A stretch of 64,000 bases of DNA from an uncultured bacterium (GCA_963704645.1 OY969926.1:352001-416000), one strand, 5' to 3'; positions 38,510-49,806 are shown, counted from the first letter of the stretch. The notes: generated by a model from the letters alone, not told the origin. Made by a program: numbers and translations.

Positions 38510-39130
38510 TTAATACTCCATATCAAATCCACCATATTGATTTGGATCTGTAACTACTTGGCTTGAATCTGATGATGTTTCATTTCCTTGGTTGAAGATA
38601 TCTTTTAGAGATTGAAACTTTACGTTAGAAGGTATGCTAAATAAAGAATCATCCAGCTTGGTTGTTTTACAACTTTTCTTAAAATCTTCAAGATCTTCCT
38701 TCTTAGCTAAACTACTAATTATACTTTGACCCATTATTGTGCTGTCTGTATAAGCATTTGAGTTGAAAATATTTTCAGGTTTCAAGTCTAAAAGAACGCC
38801 TTCTGTTTTACTATTTTCCCAAATATACATTCCTGAATTGTTCAATACAAAATTATCAGAATCTGTTTTACGGGCCATTGAGCCTTCCTTAAAATATATT
38901 ATTTCCTCTTTTCCATTTTCTATTGTTTTGCATTCTAGACTTGCATTTGTACCAAACAAATCGGAATCTGGGTTAAAGTTTGAAGAGGTTGTAGTGATAT
39001 TATTTTGTACTGTTTTAATAAGATTGTCAGTTCCTCTTTGAACCGTAAAAAATACAGTTATAATCAAAATAATTACCAAAACAAGAGCTCCTAAACCAAG
39101 GCTGATATATAAATTTGTTTTATTTTTCAT
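38510..39130 (-). CDS. Hypothetical membrane-anchored protein
   Basis: N-terminal TM, MYIW and C..LDDSLFSIPSNVKF C-terminal motif. Confidence 0.6.
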   Translation of the reverse strand: MKNKTNLYISLGLGALVLVIILIITVFFTVQRGTDNLIKTVQNNITTTSSNFNPDSDLFGTNASLECKTIENGKEEIIYFKEGSMARKTDSDNFVLNNSGMYIWENSKTEGVLLDLKPENIFNSNAYTDSTIMGQSIISSLAKKEDLEDFKKSCKTTKLDDSLFSIPSNVKFQSLKDIFNQGNETSSDSSQVVTDPNQYGGFDMEY

Positions 39131-39231
39131 AGAAAGTTTTTAAGTTAAAAAGACTCTTTCTTTACAATGTTGTCAAAGACCTGTGTTCTTAGCTGTTCAT
39201 AAATTTGAAACAATTTTAGGAAGGTGGGAAA

Positions 39232-39411
39232 GTGGCTGTTAAAACTAAAATAGTATTTTTAAATGAAAACCAATCTGAATCCATAGAAGCTGGGCCTGAA
39301 CTAAACCTTCTGGAAGCCTTGGCGCTTGTAGCCAAAGTTTTTGATGAACAGAAGTACGAAGGACGACCTGCCAAAAGAGTTATAATTGATATGGAAAACT
39401 CTGTTTTGTAA
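39232..39411 (+). CDS. Small hypothetical protein (59 aa), absent from the ORF track
   Basis: GTG after purine-rich AGGAAGGTGGG; MAVKTKIVFLNENQSESIEAGPELNLLEALALVAKVFDEQKYEGRPAKRVIIDMENSVL. Confidence 0.5.
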   Translation: MAVKTKIVFLNENQSESIEAGPELNLLEALALVAKVFDEQKYEGRPAKRVIIDMENSVL

Positions 39412-39431
39412 ATACTTTTTTAAATTCACTT

Positions 39432-40406
39432 CTATTTCGTTAAAGCATTGGCAGTAGCTTCTTTAGTTTTTGCCTCGGCTTCTAGGGCCTTTAAACCAAA
39501 ATTCATACTTGCAGTGAAAACCTGCAATTTTTTTTCTGGTGATGCATTAGGAATTTCATGGAACTGATTAATAATTAACAATGTAACTTGTTCTTTTATT
39601 TCTTTAGGAAGGCCAGATAATTTATTAATAATCTGATCTGAGTTTAATTCATTTATAAAATTTAAATACGAAATAATTGTTTCTCTTTCGCCATTACACA
39701 TTTTTAAGGCCTGATTAAGATTTGTTCCAATCAAATTTGAGTAGTCTTTAAATACTTTGTCTAAATTTTCAAAAGAACTTTGCTGAGAATTAATATCTGA
39801 AATGATTGAATCTATTTTTAAGCAAACTTTTGTTAAACCACTATCATTTAAACTTTTTGCTACTCCAATTGAGGTTTTTAGCTTGTTAAGTTTTTCATCA
39901 GAGTTTTTATCAGCAAAGAATATTATATCATCTTTTATCTTTGGTATAATATTTTGAATTGATATCGATTTTGTTTGTTCAAGTATGTCATCTAATTCAA
40001 TTAAAAACTTTGTCATATCTATAGACAAGTCTTGTTCAATTTTTAGTCCAACTTGAATTTGCTGCATTTTATATTCCAAACCGTTTCCAATAATATTATC
40101 CAGCTCAGTTAAAATTGTATTTGGGTTAATCTCTTTTTCTTGTTCCAGAAGAGTTGATCTTAATTTGACTAAAAGTTCAGACTTTTCGCTGGAATTTAAA
40201 GTATTTAGATAGCTTTTTCTGTCTTTAAGTTTTGTTTTGTCTCCATTTTCAATAATCTTCATTAACCTGGCTAGTTCTTGAATACTTTCAGTTTTAATTC
40301 CAGAATTTTGGCTGGCTAACTGTTTTTCCAAATTAATTCTAGTTTCCGTAACAGAACTTATTGGAATAATAAGTTCATTACTTTTTGAAATTGTTGCCTC
40401 AGACAT
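39432..40406 (-). CDS. Hypothetical helical/coiled-coil protein
   Basis: 324-aa ORF rich in K/E/L/I. Confidence 0.6.
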   Translation of the reverse strand: MSEATISKSNELIIPISSVTETRINLEKQLASQNSGIKTESIQELARLMKIIENGDKTKLKDRKSYLNTLNSSEKSELLVKLRSTLLEQEKEINPNTILTELDNIIGNGLEYKMQQIQVGLKIEQDLSIDMTKFLIELDDILEQTKSISIQNIIPKIKDDIIFFADKNSDEKLNKLKTSIGVAKSLNDSGLTKVCLKIDSIISDINSQQSSFENLDKVFKDYSNLIGTNLNQALKMCNGERETIISYLNFINELNSDQIINKLSGLPKEIKEQVTLLIINQFHEIPNASPEKKLQVFTASMNFGLKALEAEAKTKEATANALTK

Positions 40407-40554
40407 TTATTTTTTCTTTCCCAAAGTTTAACTTACAAAATTGTTATTTGCAATTTCACCACAAAACTATGGACGAATTTAGTTTTTTAAAAGTTTTATA
40501 ATAAAACTAGAGTAGGTGGCGTAGTAGTCTCCCATTATTTCAAACTTAACTTAT

Positions 40555-40587
40555 GGTCACTTTGCGGTCATTTTAATTTGATATAAT
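40555..40587 (+). promoter_or_regulatory. Putative OmpR/PhoB-type tandem binding site plus -10 box
   Basis: GGTCAC-TTTGC-GGTCAT direct repeat with 11-bp period, followed by TATAAT, upstream of the response regulator. Confidence 0.5.
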
Positions 40588-40621
40588 TTAGAAAAGTAAA
40601 TAAACAAATTATATTCATCCC

Positions 40622-41281
40622 ATGTCCCATATTTTAATTGTTGAAGACGAACAGCGAATGGCTGCAACTTTGCAAAAAGGGTTGAAACATGCTGGTTTTG
40701 AAACGACAATAATTTCTAATGGTCTAGCGGCTAGAGCTTTAAATATTACCGAATTTGATTTAGTTTTACTAGATTGGATGTTACCAGGAATTGCCGGAAT
40801 TGATTTATTGCAACATTGGCGAAGTCAGAAATATTTAACTCCAATTTTAATGCTTACTGCCCGCGATGCTTTAAAAGACAAAGTTTCCGGGTTAGATTTT
40901 GGGGCAGATGATTACCTTTCTAAATTTTTTGAATGGCCAGAATTAATTGCCAGAATAAAAGTTTTGTTAAGACGAAATTCAACTGAGCAAATTCAACTGG
41001 GTAATATATTTTTTGATAGAAACAATCAAGTTTTTTTAGAAGATCAGCAAATTGTAAATTTAACTTCCACAGAATACAATATTTTAAAATACTTTTTTGA
41101 TAGGCCGGGTAGGCTTATTACCAGAACAAGTTTACTTAGAGCTATTTATCAAGATTCCAAAGACCCTTTTTCCAACGTTATTGAAAGACACATTAAAGGC
41201 ATTCGTCAAAAACTAAATTATGACCCTATTACAACAATTCGCGGACTCGGTTACAGGCTTAAGTCTTCCACCTCAGTTTAG
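40622..41281 (+). CDS. OmpR/PhoB family response regulator
   Basis: ILIVEDE, LLDWMLP, LTARD, GADDYLSK; winged helix with TIRGLGY. Confidence 0.95.
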   Translation: MSHILIVEDEQRMAATLQKGLKHAGFETTIISNGLAARALNITEFDLVLLDWMLPGIAGIDLLQHWRSQKYLTPILMLTARDALKDKVSGLDFGADDYLSKFFEWPELIARIKVLLRRNSTEQIQLGNIFFDRNNQVFLEDQQIVNLTSTEYNILKYFFDRPGRLITRTSLLRAIYQDSKDPFSNVIERHIKGIRQKLNYDPITTIRGLGYRLKSSTSV

Positions 41282-43223
41282 ATTAATTAGAATTAAACTT
41301 ACAGCCTTTGTTTTTGTATTTTTAAGTTTAGTGCTGCTTTTAAGCGGTTTTAATGTCTACGACACAAGTAGACAGGGTTTAGAAAATTTCAGAAATCAAA
41401 TAAATGAGTTAATAACCAAAAACTATCACCTGAAATTATATATTTCTAACCTTTTCGCCCTTCAAATTATACAATAAATTGGTGAGAAGTTTATTCCTTC
41501 TATCTTGTCTCATTCCTCTATGCCTTCTATTTAAATCTTTTAATTTAGTATTTATTCCTCCATCAATATGATTGGTTGTATTAGGGATATTAAGAGTTGG
41601 CTATTCTTGAAAAGCAAACAATCTATTCATATTTCTTTTGAATGTTTTTAAAGCTGTAATTATTCTACTATGTAGGTATTGTCCTTGTTCATTTCTTTGG
41701 CTTAGAAAGTCTTGGTTTCTTTTTGTGTATAAAGCCAGAGTTTTACCTAATCTCTGTTCTGTTAATTTGTTTTTAATGAATAAGTTATTTATTTGGTTAA
41801 GTTCTTTTCCAGCTATTGTTCTAGGATTCTTTGTAATTAAAGTGCTTATTCTCTTTTGTATATGAAACTGACATATTTGGACTGGATAATCTCTAAATAC
41901 CTCTGGAATACCTTTTCTTCCATCTAAGGTTACAGATTGTATTTTAAAACCCTTCTGGAGTATGTAGTTTAATCCTTCTAAATAATTAGACTTAGTTTCA
42001 GATTGTATAAACTTATGCCATAATACTTTTCCTGTAATTGAATCAAAGAATATTATTAAACCATCTTTATCTTTTCTTTTTCTAAAGAAGGTACAGTCAC
42101 AGACTAGGTTAATTATACTTGGCTCTACCTGAGTAAATTTAACTTCATATTCATCTACAATTTTACGAACAGTCTTATTATTTAGATCTAAATCTGAGTA
42201 ATTTTTTTAAAAGTTAAGGCATTAACAATAGAATCAACCTTACGAGATTTTTGAGGTTTGGATTGAAAGTATTTGTTACAATTTCTACAGAAATATTTCT
42301 GTCTTCCAGACTGTTTTCCTTTCTTAATAACTTCAATTGAATAACAGAAAATACAGTGTCTAGACATACAAAAACTTGGAGTGTTTAAGTTATTATGCCA
42401 TAATATATCTATTTAATCAACAGAAGTGGAGTTTTTAAGTGATAGTTTTTGGTTATTAACTCAAATAAATAAACAAGTTGAAAGAGATAGGTTAATGCCA
42501 AGAATTGCCAATCAAATTGATGTGGTGGAAGAAGCCAGATTAAATGCATTGGGTAGAATTCAGTTTTTAATTGTTATAAATAATGCTAGTCTGGTTGTAT
42601 TTCTAACTTTAATTACTTGGGAAAGCTTGTTCTTTTTATTGCGTCCACTGGCTAAAGCTACACAGGCTAGAGAAGATTTTTTAATACAAGCAACTCATGA
42701 ATTACGTACACCTTTGGCTATTTTGTATTCGGAATTAAGTTTGTCTGAAAATGAAAATAATATTGATGAATTAAAGAAAACACATAAAGATGCCCTGCAA
42801 GAAATTCAACGTTTGCAGCAGCTTAGCAACACTTTGCTAGGAAGAAAAGAAGAAAAATTGCAAACCGTTAAAGTTGAAAAAGTTATACAGCAGGCCTGGA
42901 GTAATTTATCTAAATTCAACGTAAATAACTTAACTCTAAATTTTAATTTTAAAGGAAAAACCATAATTAAATCTGACACGGTTAAATTCTATCAACTAAT
43001 ATTTAATATTTTAGAAAATGCTGTGAAACACGGAAAAGCAAATTCCAAGTTAAATATACAGTTGGAACAAAACCAAATTATATTTTCCAATCAGTCTGAA
43101 TTTAATATTTTTGTTGAAGGAGTTGGAGCTTCGGTAAGCAAAAGTTTGGCTGAAGATTTAGGAATGGATATTAACTTTGAAATGAACAATTACGTCTACA
43201 AAGCCAAGCTAAACTTAGCCTAA
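41220..43223 (+). pseudogene. Sensor histidine kinase interrupted by IS copy 2
   Basis: TM1 fragment ends ..FRNQIN; downstream part KQVERD..THELRTPL..NILENAVKHG; removing the IS plus one TSD restores the frame. Confidence 0.88.
41406..42462 (-). mobile_element. IS256-family (IS1249-like) insertion sequence, copy 2, 1057 bp, inverted relative to copy 1
   Basis: Same 24-bp TIRs; 8-bp TSD AAATAAAT at 41398-405 and 42463-70; same frameshift and TAG (41601-03). Confidence 0.92.
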
Positions 43224-44069
43224 AAATATAATTATTAATACTCCCAATACTGTAATTATTCCAGCTATTATTTTTTGTGCAAAGCCAGATTCCTTTAATA
43301 AAACTTTTCCATAAATTATATCTAAAATTATATCTAATCTTTTTATTGCACTTACATAAGCTGGTTGGGATGTAAGACTTATAGCCGTAAAATCGGAAAT
43401 CCAGCTTAAAATACTTAAAATAGCAATCCAAATACTATCAGCTCTAAATATTTGTTTTTTAGGAAAAGCGTTGTTAAGAATTACAATGTCAATAATAAAA
43501 ATTAGAATTCCCATTGTTAAATTTAAAGCCGAAACAAACCCGAATAAGTTTGAGTTTCTTATGCCCAAAACCATTGCAACTGTACCAAATGACCAAAGCA
43601 TAGAAACAATAATAGCCAAAATTGAGCCCAAGCCAAATTTAAAAGACAAACCATCTCTCTTAATTTTAGTGTGAGCAATTAGTGACCCGAAAACTACAAA
43701 AAATACTCCAATTAAACCAAGAAGTTGGAAGGGTGAATTTAGAAAAATAATGTTCAGAAAAAAAGAAAAAACTGTAGCTAAAGATAGCAGGGGAATTATG
43801 GATGAAAGCTCATCAATTTTTAAAGCGTAGATTAGTAATAAGTTGGCTACACTTTCAATAATAACCGAGGCAATAAAATACCACAAAAAATTTCCTGTAA
43901 AACTTGGTAATCCTTGCCAAAAAATTATAGCAATATAAATTGGAGCAGAAATTAAATTAGGCATCCAAAGCACAGCTAAAGAATTTACTTTATCAGCCAA
44001 ATCTTTTTTCAAAGGTGAAACTATAGAATTACAAACAGCTGAAAATATTGCAAAGTAAAACCATGGCAT
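43215..44069 (-). CDS. EamA/DMT family transporter
   Basis: 10 TM in two repeats; ALKIDELSSIIPL, AYVSAIKR. Confidence 0.85.
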   Translation of the reverse strand: MPWFYFAIFSAVCNSIVSPLKKDLADKVNSLAVLWMPNLISAPIYIAIIFWQGLPSFTGNFLWYFIASVIIESVANLLLIYALKIDELSSIIPLLSLATVFSFFLNIIFLNSPFQLLGLIGVFFVVFGSLIAHTKIKRDGLSFKFGLGSILAIIVSMLWSFGTVAMVLGIRNSNLFGFVSALNLTMGILIFIIDIVILNNAFPKKQIFRADSIWIAILSILSWISDFTAISLTSQPAYVSAIKRLDIILDIIYGKVLLKESGFAQKIIAGIITVLGVLIIIFLG

Positions 44070-44149
44070 GTTTAGCTATGTAAGCTTGATTAAAATTTAA
44101 GGTCAATATAATTGTGTACAGCTTTTTAATAAACTTTATACTCATAAAA

Positions 44150-45814
44150 TTACCAACTTCCTCCCCCTCCAGAAAAACCTCCTCCACCATCGAAACCCCC
44201 GCCTCCATCTGAACTTGGCGGAGTATAAAAACTTACAGCTGAATACGTGGAATAAATTAAACTGGTGTTATCTAATTCGCTATAGTTGGATATTAATTCA
44301 GCAAAATATTTTTGAAATTTAGGTAGAACAGCAAAACTGGCAGCAAATGGTACGGCAATTAAATATTTCTGAACTCCCACCTCCGGGTTGTTACTAAAGT
44401 CTAATTTCCATTTTTCAACATTTTCTAGGTAATATTTGTACCTTTTTGAATAAGCAGCAACTTCTATACCTTTTTGATTCAATTTAGATAATTTAATAAG
44501 AATAAAAGTAAAGCCAACTGCAATAAATAATATGCTGGCAAAAAGTAACAAGCCCCAGCTATTACCAATTAGAAAAGTATCTTGGAAAATGCCGAAGGTG
44601 AGGGCTATAAAAATACTTGGAAAAATTAATATTCCAAAAGCCCAGCCAATTGGTTGATTAATTGGGCTTTGTTTATAAAATTTTCTCATTTCTTTCTTTA
44701 CAGTATCTTGTGTAAAATTTAAATGCTCGGCTGGGTTAATTTTGGAAGCTAAAATACCCTCTTTAAATCCAAGCAATGCAATTTGTTTTACAGTTTCGTT
44801 GTATATTTCTGGAAGGCTGTTATTAGTTGGCAGATCTTTCAATATTTCTATTTCGATAGATTTTTCAGATTTTGGAATTGAATTGTCTTTATCTTTGCTA
44901 ATTAGATGGATGTATTTTTTGTTATTCAACCACAAAATGTAGCTTAAAAGTGTATTCTTTAAATCAATTCGCCCTTCATCAATTAAAAAACTTGCTTGCC
45001 ACGGGTATAAATCTGGCGCTTCAAATTCTGGCCTATCAACTTTTTGGTTTCCCCAATCATCCCTAGCTACGTAGTACCAGATAAAGTAGAAAAATATGCT
45101 TACTATAATTAGTAAGGCCAAGTAAGGCCAAGTATTGATCCAAATATTGATAAGTAAGCTAGACTTAGGTTTTTGGCTATTTAATAAGAAAGAGGTTTTT
45201 TCTGTGCCACAGGATGCTTGATTGGAATATTCAGCAATTACTCCCTTACTTGTACAAATATCAGCCTTATTAAAGCTAAGACGAATATCGTTGTTGCTAA
45301 CAACTTCGCCCCAATCTTCTAAAAAAGTAAAGTTATAGGCTAAATTTGGATTGTAATCAGCTTCAATTTCTAGACCGTAAAAATAATATCCTATGGGCAA
45401 TTCCTTGTTTTTATCCCCAATTCTTATTCTAAACTGACTCCATTCATTAATTAATTCATATTTTTCTACCTCCCAGTTTAAACTTTCTGCACAACTAACA
45501 TCACAAGTCTTATTTGAACTTGCTTTTATAACATTACTAACCTTATATTCGATCCAAACACCATCTTGATTCTTGGGTAAAGCCAGAAATATACCGCGGC
45601 TGGGCTTGTTAAATTTTTCAGCTACAAAATATTTTATAGTAACTTTGTTGTTTTTATAATCTGTACTAGTTTGTATTGAAATGTTTTCTGTTTCGTTTAC
45701 AATATCACTTTCAGAATCTTGTGCCTGCAAGTTAATTATATTGAAAGGTGTTAAAATTAGTACTAAAGCTAGAACAAAACTTAAAAATTTAAAGTAAGAG
45801 AATATTTTTTTCAC
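44150..45814 (-). CDS. DUF2207-like membrane protein
   Basis: Signal peptide, RGIF, internal TMs, KYL..PFAASF, C-terminal GGGGFDGGGGFSGGGGSW. Confidence 0.75.
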   Translation of the reverse strand: MKKIFSYFKFLSFVLALVLILTPFNIINLQAQDSESDIVNETENISIQTSTDYKNNKVTIKYFVAEKFNKPSRGIFLALPKNQDGVWIEYKVSNVIKASSNKTCDVSCAESLNWEVEKYELINEWSQFRIRIGDKNKELPIGYYFYGLEIEADYNPNLAYNFTFLEDWGEVVSNNDIRLSFNKADICTSKGVIAEYSNQASCGTEKTSFLLNSQKPKSSLLINIWINTWPYLALLIIVSIFFYFIWYYVARDDWGNQKVDRPEFEAPDLYPWQASFLIDEGRIDLKNTLLSYILWLNNKKYIHLISKDKDNSIPKSEKSIEIEILKDLPTNNSLPEIYNETVKQIALLGFKEGILASKINPAEHLNFTQDTVKKEMRKFYKQSPINQPIGWAFGILIFPSIFIALTFGIFQDTFLIGNSWGLLLFASILFIAVGFTFILIKLSKLNQKGIEVAAYSKRYKYYLENVEKWKLDFSNNPEVGVQKYLIAVPFAASFAVLPKFQKYFAELISNYSELDNTSLIYSTYSAVSFYTPPSSDGGGGFDGGGGFSGGGGSW

Positions 45815-46021
45815 AATTCTGTAAAAAGTTGTAAACTATTTTTTGTCTAGTTGTATTAGTATCATTGTTTAGCCATTTTTCATTGTAAATAAGAATAACA
45901 AATGGTTTTAATACATGGCATTTATTGACAGATTTTTTAGATTGGCTTACTATATAACAAATTGCTAAGTTTTAAATTCAGCAAAATTCATTGAATAAGG
46001 CCATAACAGCCAGATCACAAT

Positions 46022-47515
46022 ATGAGTTACATAGATACTGATACAGTAAATCAATACGGATACAAGCCAAACTTTATTCTAGTTAATAGCCCTACAAAAA
46101 GTACTTTCTTCGGAGACATTATTCCCGTTTACAAAGTTACACAAGAACTTACAAGCATTGTAATTACATCTTGGGAAAGCCTTTCTGAATTTATTTTGTA
46201 CGGACAGAACTTTTTAGTTTGTGTATTAAGCTTCTTAAACCAAGCTATTAATAATACAGCTTACCAGAGTTACTTAATAATTAATTTTGCTTATCAGCAA
46301 GTTTTAGAATTTCCTAGCATTTTAGGCGATTATACCAAACAAATTGAAACTGCTTTCCATACAATTTCACAAGAAAGTACTAGAGAATTATGGTGGCTAG
46401 AAGTTAAATTAGATGTTAGAACTTTATTGGATAAGGTTGTTAAAAATGTGGAAAGTATTTGGTTTGTTCTACAAAAGTTTTATTTGGCTGGTTTCGTTTT
46501 ATTGTGTTTGGCTTTTTTGAATTTCAGCACTCCAATTTTAGCTAGTACCAATTCTAACAGTTTTTTAGCAAAATTCTTAAATAACCATAGCTATATAAGT
46601 CAGTCTAGCTTGTTAGCATCTCCCAATTTTGCTGTTACAACTAATTTAAACACATCTACTAGCGCAGTAGTTATTCCAACTGTTTCAGCTTATACTGTAA
46701 AAGAAGGCGACACTATCGATAAAATTTCTGAGTCATTTGGTGTAAAAGCAGATACTATTTGTTTCAATAATTATGGTAAATTAGATAATTGTGTTGTTAA
46801 AGCAGGCGATAAGATGTATATTCCCTGGGTTGATGGTTATATTTATAACGCCGTAGCAGAAACTACCGCTAATGACTTAGTTTCTATTTATGGAGTTTCT
46901 AAAGAGGAAATAACTAGCTTTAACAATTTTAGTTACAATCCTACTTCAGACAGTTTTTCTAAAGACACTTTGGTTTTAATACCTAGTACAGATTTTGCAA
47001 AAATAGCTGAAGCTAATAAGAAAGAGCAAGAAAGAAAAGATGCTGTTGTTAAAAGTGCCGAGCAAGCAGCTAGAAACAAAAATTTACAAACTAAATCTAT
47101 TCAAAGAACTAATGCTAAGCCAGATTTAAACTACATGAAAAATGGTTTTATTTGGCCAACCGTAGGTTTTATTAGTCGATGTGTTCAACCAGGCCATATT
47201 GCTTGTGATATTGCTAACTTTAATTCTCCAGCAATTGTTGCTTCCAAGTCTGGGGTAGTAACCAAAACTGGTTACGATGCTGGTGGTTATGGAAACCATA
47301 TCATAATTGACCATGGTAAAGATGAAAAAGGTAAAAGCATTAAAACGCTATATGCTCACTTAGCATCTATTTCAATAAGTAAAGGGCAAAGTGTAACTCA
47401 GGGTCAGAAAATTGGTGTAATGGGAGCTACAGGATATTCTACAGGTATTCACTTACACTACGAATGCATTGTAGATAATGTTAAGCAAAACCCGCTAGAA
47501 GTTTGTCTTCCTTAA
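46022..47515 (+). CDS. LysM + M23 peptidase (murein endopeptidase)
   Basis: YTVKEGDTIDKISESFGV LysM; HIACD, GYGNHIIIDH, YAHL, STGIHLHYE. Confidence 0.9.
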   Translation: MSYIDTDTVNQYGYKPNFILVNSPTKSTFFGDIIPVYKVTQELTSIVITSWESLSEFILYGQNFLVCVLSFLNQAINNTAYQSYLIINFAYQQVLEFPSILGDYTKQIETAFHTISQESTRELWWLEVKLDVRTLLDKVVKNVESIWFVLQKFYLAGFVLLCLAFLNFSTPILASTNSNSFLAKFLNNHSYISQSSLLASPNFAVTTNLNTSTSAVVIPTVSAYTVKEGDTIDKISESFGVKADTICFNNYGKLDNCVVKAGDKMYIPWVDGYIYNAVAETTANDLVSIYGVSKEEITSFNNFSYNPTSDSFSKDTLVLIPSTDFAKIAEANKKEQERKDAVVKSAEQAARNKNLQTKSIQRTNAKPDLNYMKNGFIWPTVGFISRCVQPGHIACDIANFNSPAIVASKSGVVTKTGYDAGGYGNHIIIDHGKDEKGKSIKTLYAHLASISISKGQSVTQGQKIGVMGATGYSTGIHLHYECIVDNVKQNPLEVCLP

Positions 47516-47517
47516 AT

Positions 47518-48180
47518 TTAAGATACTTTTCTTAGGAAGTCTACCAACGGATTTAAAGATTTGAAATTGTTAACAATAACTCTGTTAAGCTCATCGTAAC
47601 TTATATCATTCAAATTGATATAACGAAAAACCACGAAGTTGGTGTGCCTTAATAGGTCAATATTTTCATCTTCGATAGAATATCCTTTCGGATGAGCTTT
47701 TAAATTAGCAGAGTCGTCTAAATTTCCATAAGTTTTAAAAAATGTTGGTTCAGCTAAAATTGAACGAAAAACATTTGGGTTTTTAACAATTGCCTGTCTT
47801 ACTAAACTAATTTGTTTGGAATCTAGCATATACCATCCTCCTCCTATCATAATTTGTCCTGAAGGTTGAATTTGGAGGTAATAGCCAGGGTTGCTACCAT
47901 TTTTACCTGAATGAATAAAGGAAGCCCCTAAAACCGTTTTATAAGGTTGTTTATTTTTGCTAAATCTTACATCACGATTAATTCTAAAAACACAATCTTT
48001 TAAACTTAAAAACCTTAAGCTTTCGTCGAAATTGGCAACTTCAACTAAAATGTTGGAAACAAAGCTTTCAAAATCCTTTTTAATTTCTAAATACTCGGCT
48101 CTGTGTTGATCAAACCAAATTCTGTTGTTGTTCTGGCTTATTTGTTCTAAAAATTCTACAGTTTTTTGGAAAGTGTACAT
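47518..48180 (-). CDS. DUF2461 family protein
   Basis: NNNRIWF, FRINRDVRFSKNKQPYK, GYYLQI. Confidence 0.92.
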   Translation of the reverse strand: MYTFQKTVEFLEQISQNNNRIWFDQHRAEYLEIKKDFESFVSNILVEVANFDESLRFLSLKDCVFRINRDVRFSKNKQPYKTVLGASFIHSGKNGSNPGYYLQIQPSGQIMIGGGWYMLDSKQISLVRQAIVKNPNVFRSILAEPTFFKTYGNLDDSANLKAHPKGYSIEDENIDLLRHTNFVVFRYINLNDISYDELNRVIVNNFKSLNPLVDFLRKVS

Positions 48181-48396
48181 ATAAATTTAATTTTAAGTTT
48201 TTTTGTTACATATCAAACTCGTATGTTTTTTATACTCAGTTTATTTGGAAACTAACTTTTCGACAATCTCACTTTGTATTTCACTATCTCTAAAACTAGT
48301 TGAGTGATAAGAAGTCTTAAATGAAATTGCCTAACAATCTTGATTTAACTATAATTTATTAAATGTTTACTATTCCTTATTCTATGATTTAGACAG

Positions 48397-49023
48397 TTAA
48401 GCTTTAGAATTTCTTGTAAAATAAATCCAAGAGTAGATTTGTATAAGTAAAATTATTAGTGTTGGTAAGCCATATTGCAAAGCATTTGCTAAATTTAAGC
48501 GAACACCGCCAATTACTTCCCTGCCTGGTTGAAACGAAGTGTGAATAACCAATAAAAACATTACTGGATAAGTTAAATTGTGCAATCTTTGCCACCATTT
48601 TCTCATTTTTTTAACCGAATAATTGTTTGAGGTAATAAGTAACGGTAGACAAAGGAAAAAACCTAATGTGCCAGCTATTTGATATAATGGAACAACTGTT
48701 GGAAAACCATTTAATATACAATCAAAGCCTCTAACCCAAAAATAGTGGATAGCTGTTAAAATAAACATTAAAATACCTAATTGCCGGCGGTTTATTTTTA
48801 ATATTGTTTGTACATCCTTTAAAATTCCAACTACTTTAAATCTGCTTAAAATACCTGGGATGGCAATTAACCAAAATGTGTAAATGGCAAAACGCCCAGC
48901 TAAAGTGCCTAAGTTAAATAAATCTAGTTGAATGAAGAAAAAACTAAGGGTGAGAACGGCTAAAAAGGAATAATTTAATGTTAAAAGCCCAAACTTAATT
49001 TGCTTAGCAATTGCAGAAATCAT
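48397..49023 (-). CDS. Ferric-reductase-like transmembrane protein (MsrQ/YedZ-like)
   Basis: RRQLG..H, PLLITSN..WQRLHNLTY..H heme ligands. Confidence 0.85.
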   Translation of the reverse strand: MISAIAKQIKFGLLTLNYSFLAVLTLSFFFIQLDLFNLGTLAGRFAIYTFWLIAIPGILSRFKVVGILKDVQTILKINRRQLGILMFILTAIHYFWVRGFDCILNGFPTVVPLYQIAGTLGFFLCLPLLITSNNYSVKKMRKWWQRLHNLTYPVMFLLVIHTSFQPGREVIGGVRLNLANALQYGLPTLIILLIQIYSWIYFTRNSKA

Positions 49024-49065
49024 AATTACTTAAATATTAAACCAGTATGCAAAAAGTAATCAAGT

Positions 49066-49806
49066 TTATCTAAACCAAACTGCTTCAAAACGGCTAAGTT
49101 CTGGATTGCTTAATTCACTATTTTTAAAACCAATGTCTTGATATTTTTCTAAAGTGAAACCCTTATCTAGAAATAATTGAATAGTAGAACCTAAACTTCT
49201 AGAAATAATTTTAGCAGATTTATCTTTTTTGCCAGAAATAATTGCTGGGAACCAACTATTTTTTGGAACAATTTTAGACTGAATTATCCAATTAGGTTTG
49301 CCAATGCCAAGCCTTGTTAGAACTGCTGAAAGAAAACTTTTGTAAATTTTAGAAGGGTATAATTGGCTTTGGCTAGAGGGGTTAATAACCAAAATTTGCC
49401 TAGCTTGATTGTCTTTCAAAAAGTCTAAATATTTACCAATTACTTCTTCATCCATCTCGCACAAACTTAAACAAAAAATTACCAAACTTAAATTATGTTC
49501 TAAGTCTAAATCTTCCGTTTTAAGTTCGTCTAATAAAAGAAACTTGAACTGTTCGTTTGGTATGCCAAGTTTGTTAACAAAATCTATGGCTTTAGGTTGA
49601 ATGTCTAAGCCTAAATATTTTCCTTTAAAATCTAGAGTATCTAAAATAGATGCAAGACGTCCACTTCCAAAGCCAATTTCTAAAATTGACGAATACCTGT
49701 AATTAATTAAATTCTTAGTAAGAAAACCAGTTAATAGTTTAAAGTAATCGCTAGACGATCTTTCCCAATTTTTATCATATTTTTCGTAATTATATTCTGC
49801 CTTCAT
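49066..49806 (-). CDS. Class I SAM-dependent methyltransferase
   Basis: ILEIGFGSGR, YLGLDI; ATG 49806. Confidence 0.8.
   Translation of the reverse strand: MKAEYNYEKYDKNWERSSSDYFKLLTGFLTKNLINYRYSSILEIGFGSGRLASILDTLDFKGKYLGLDIQPKAIDFVNKLGIPNEQFKFLLLDELKTEDLDLEHNLSLVIFCLSLCEMDEEVIGKYLDFLKDNQARQILVINPSSQSQLYPSKIYKSFLSAVLTRLGIGKPNWIIQSKIVPKNSWFPAIISGKKDKSAKIISRSLGSTIQLFLDKGFTLEKYQDIGFKNSELSNPELSRFEAVWFR

Noticed and set aside
22413-42462. Composite transposon or inversion bounded by the two inverted IS copies
   Set aside because: Each copy has its own matching TSD (GTAATTAT; AAATAAAT), which means independent insertions and no net inversion
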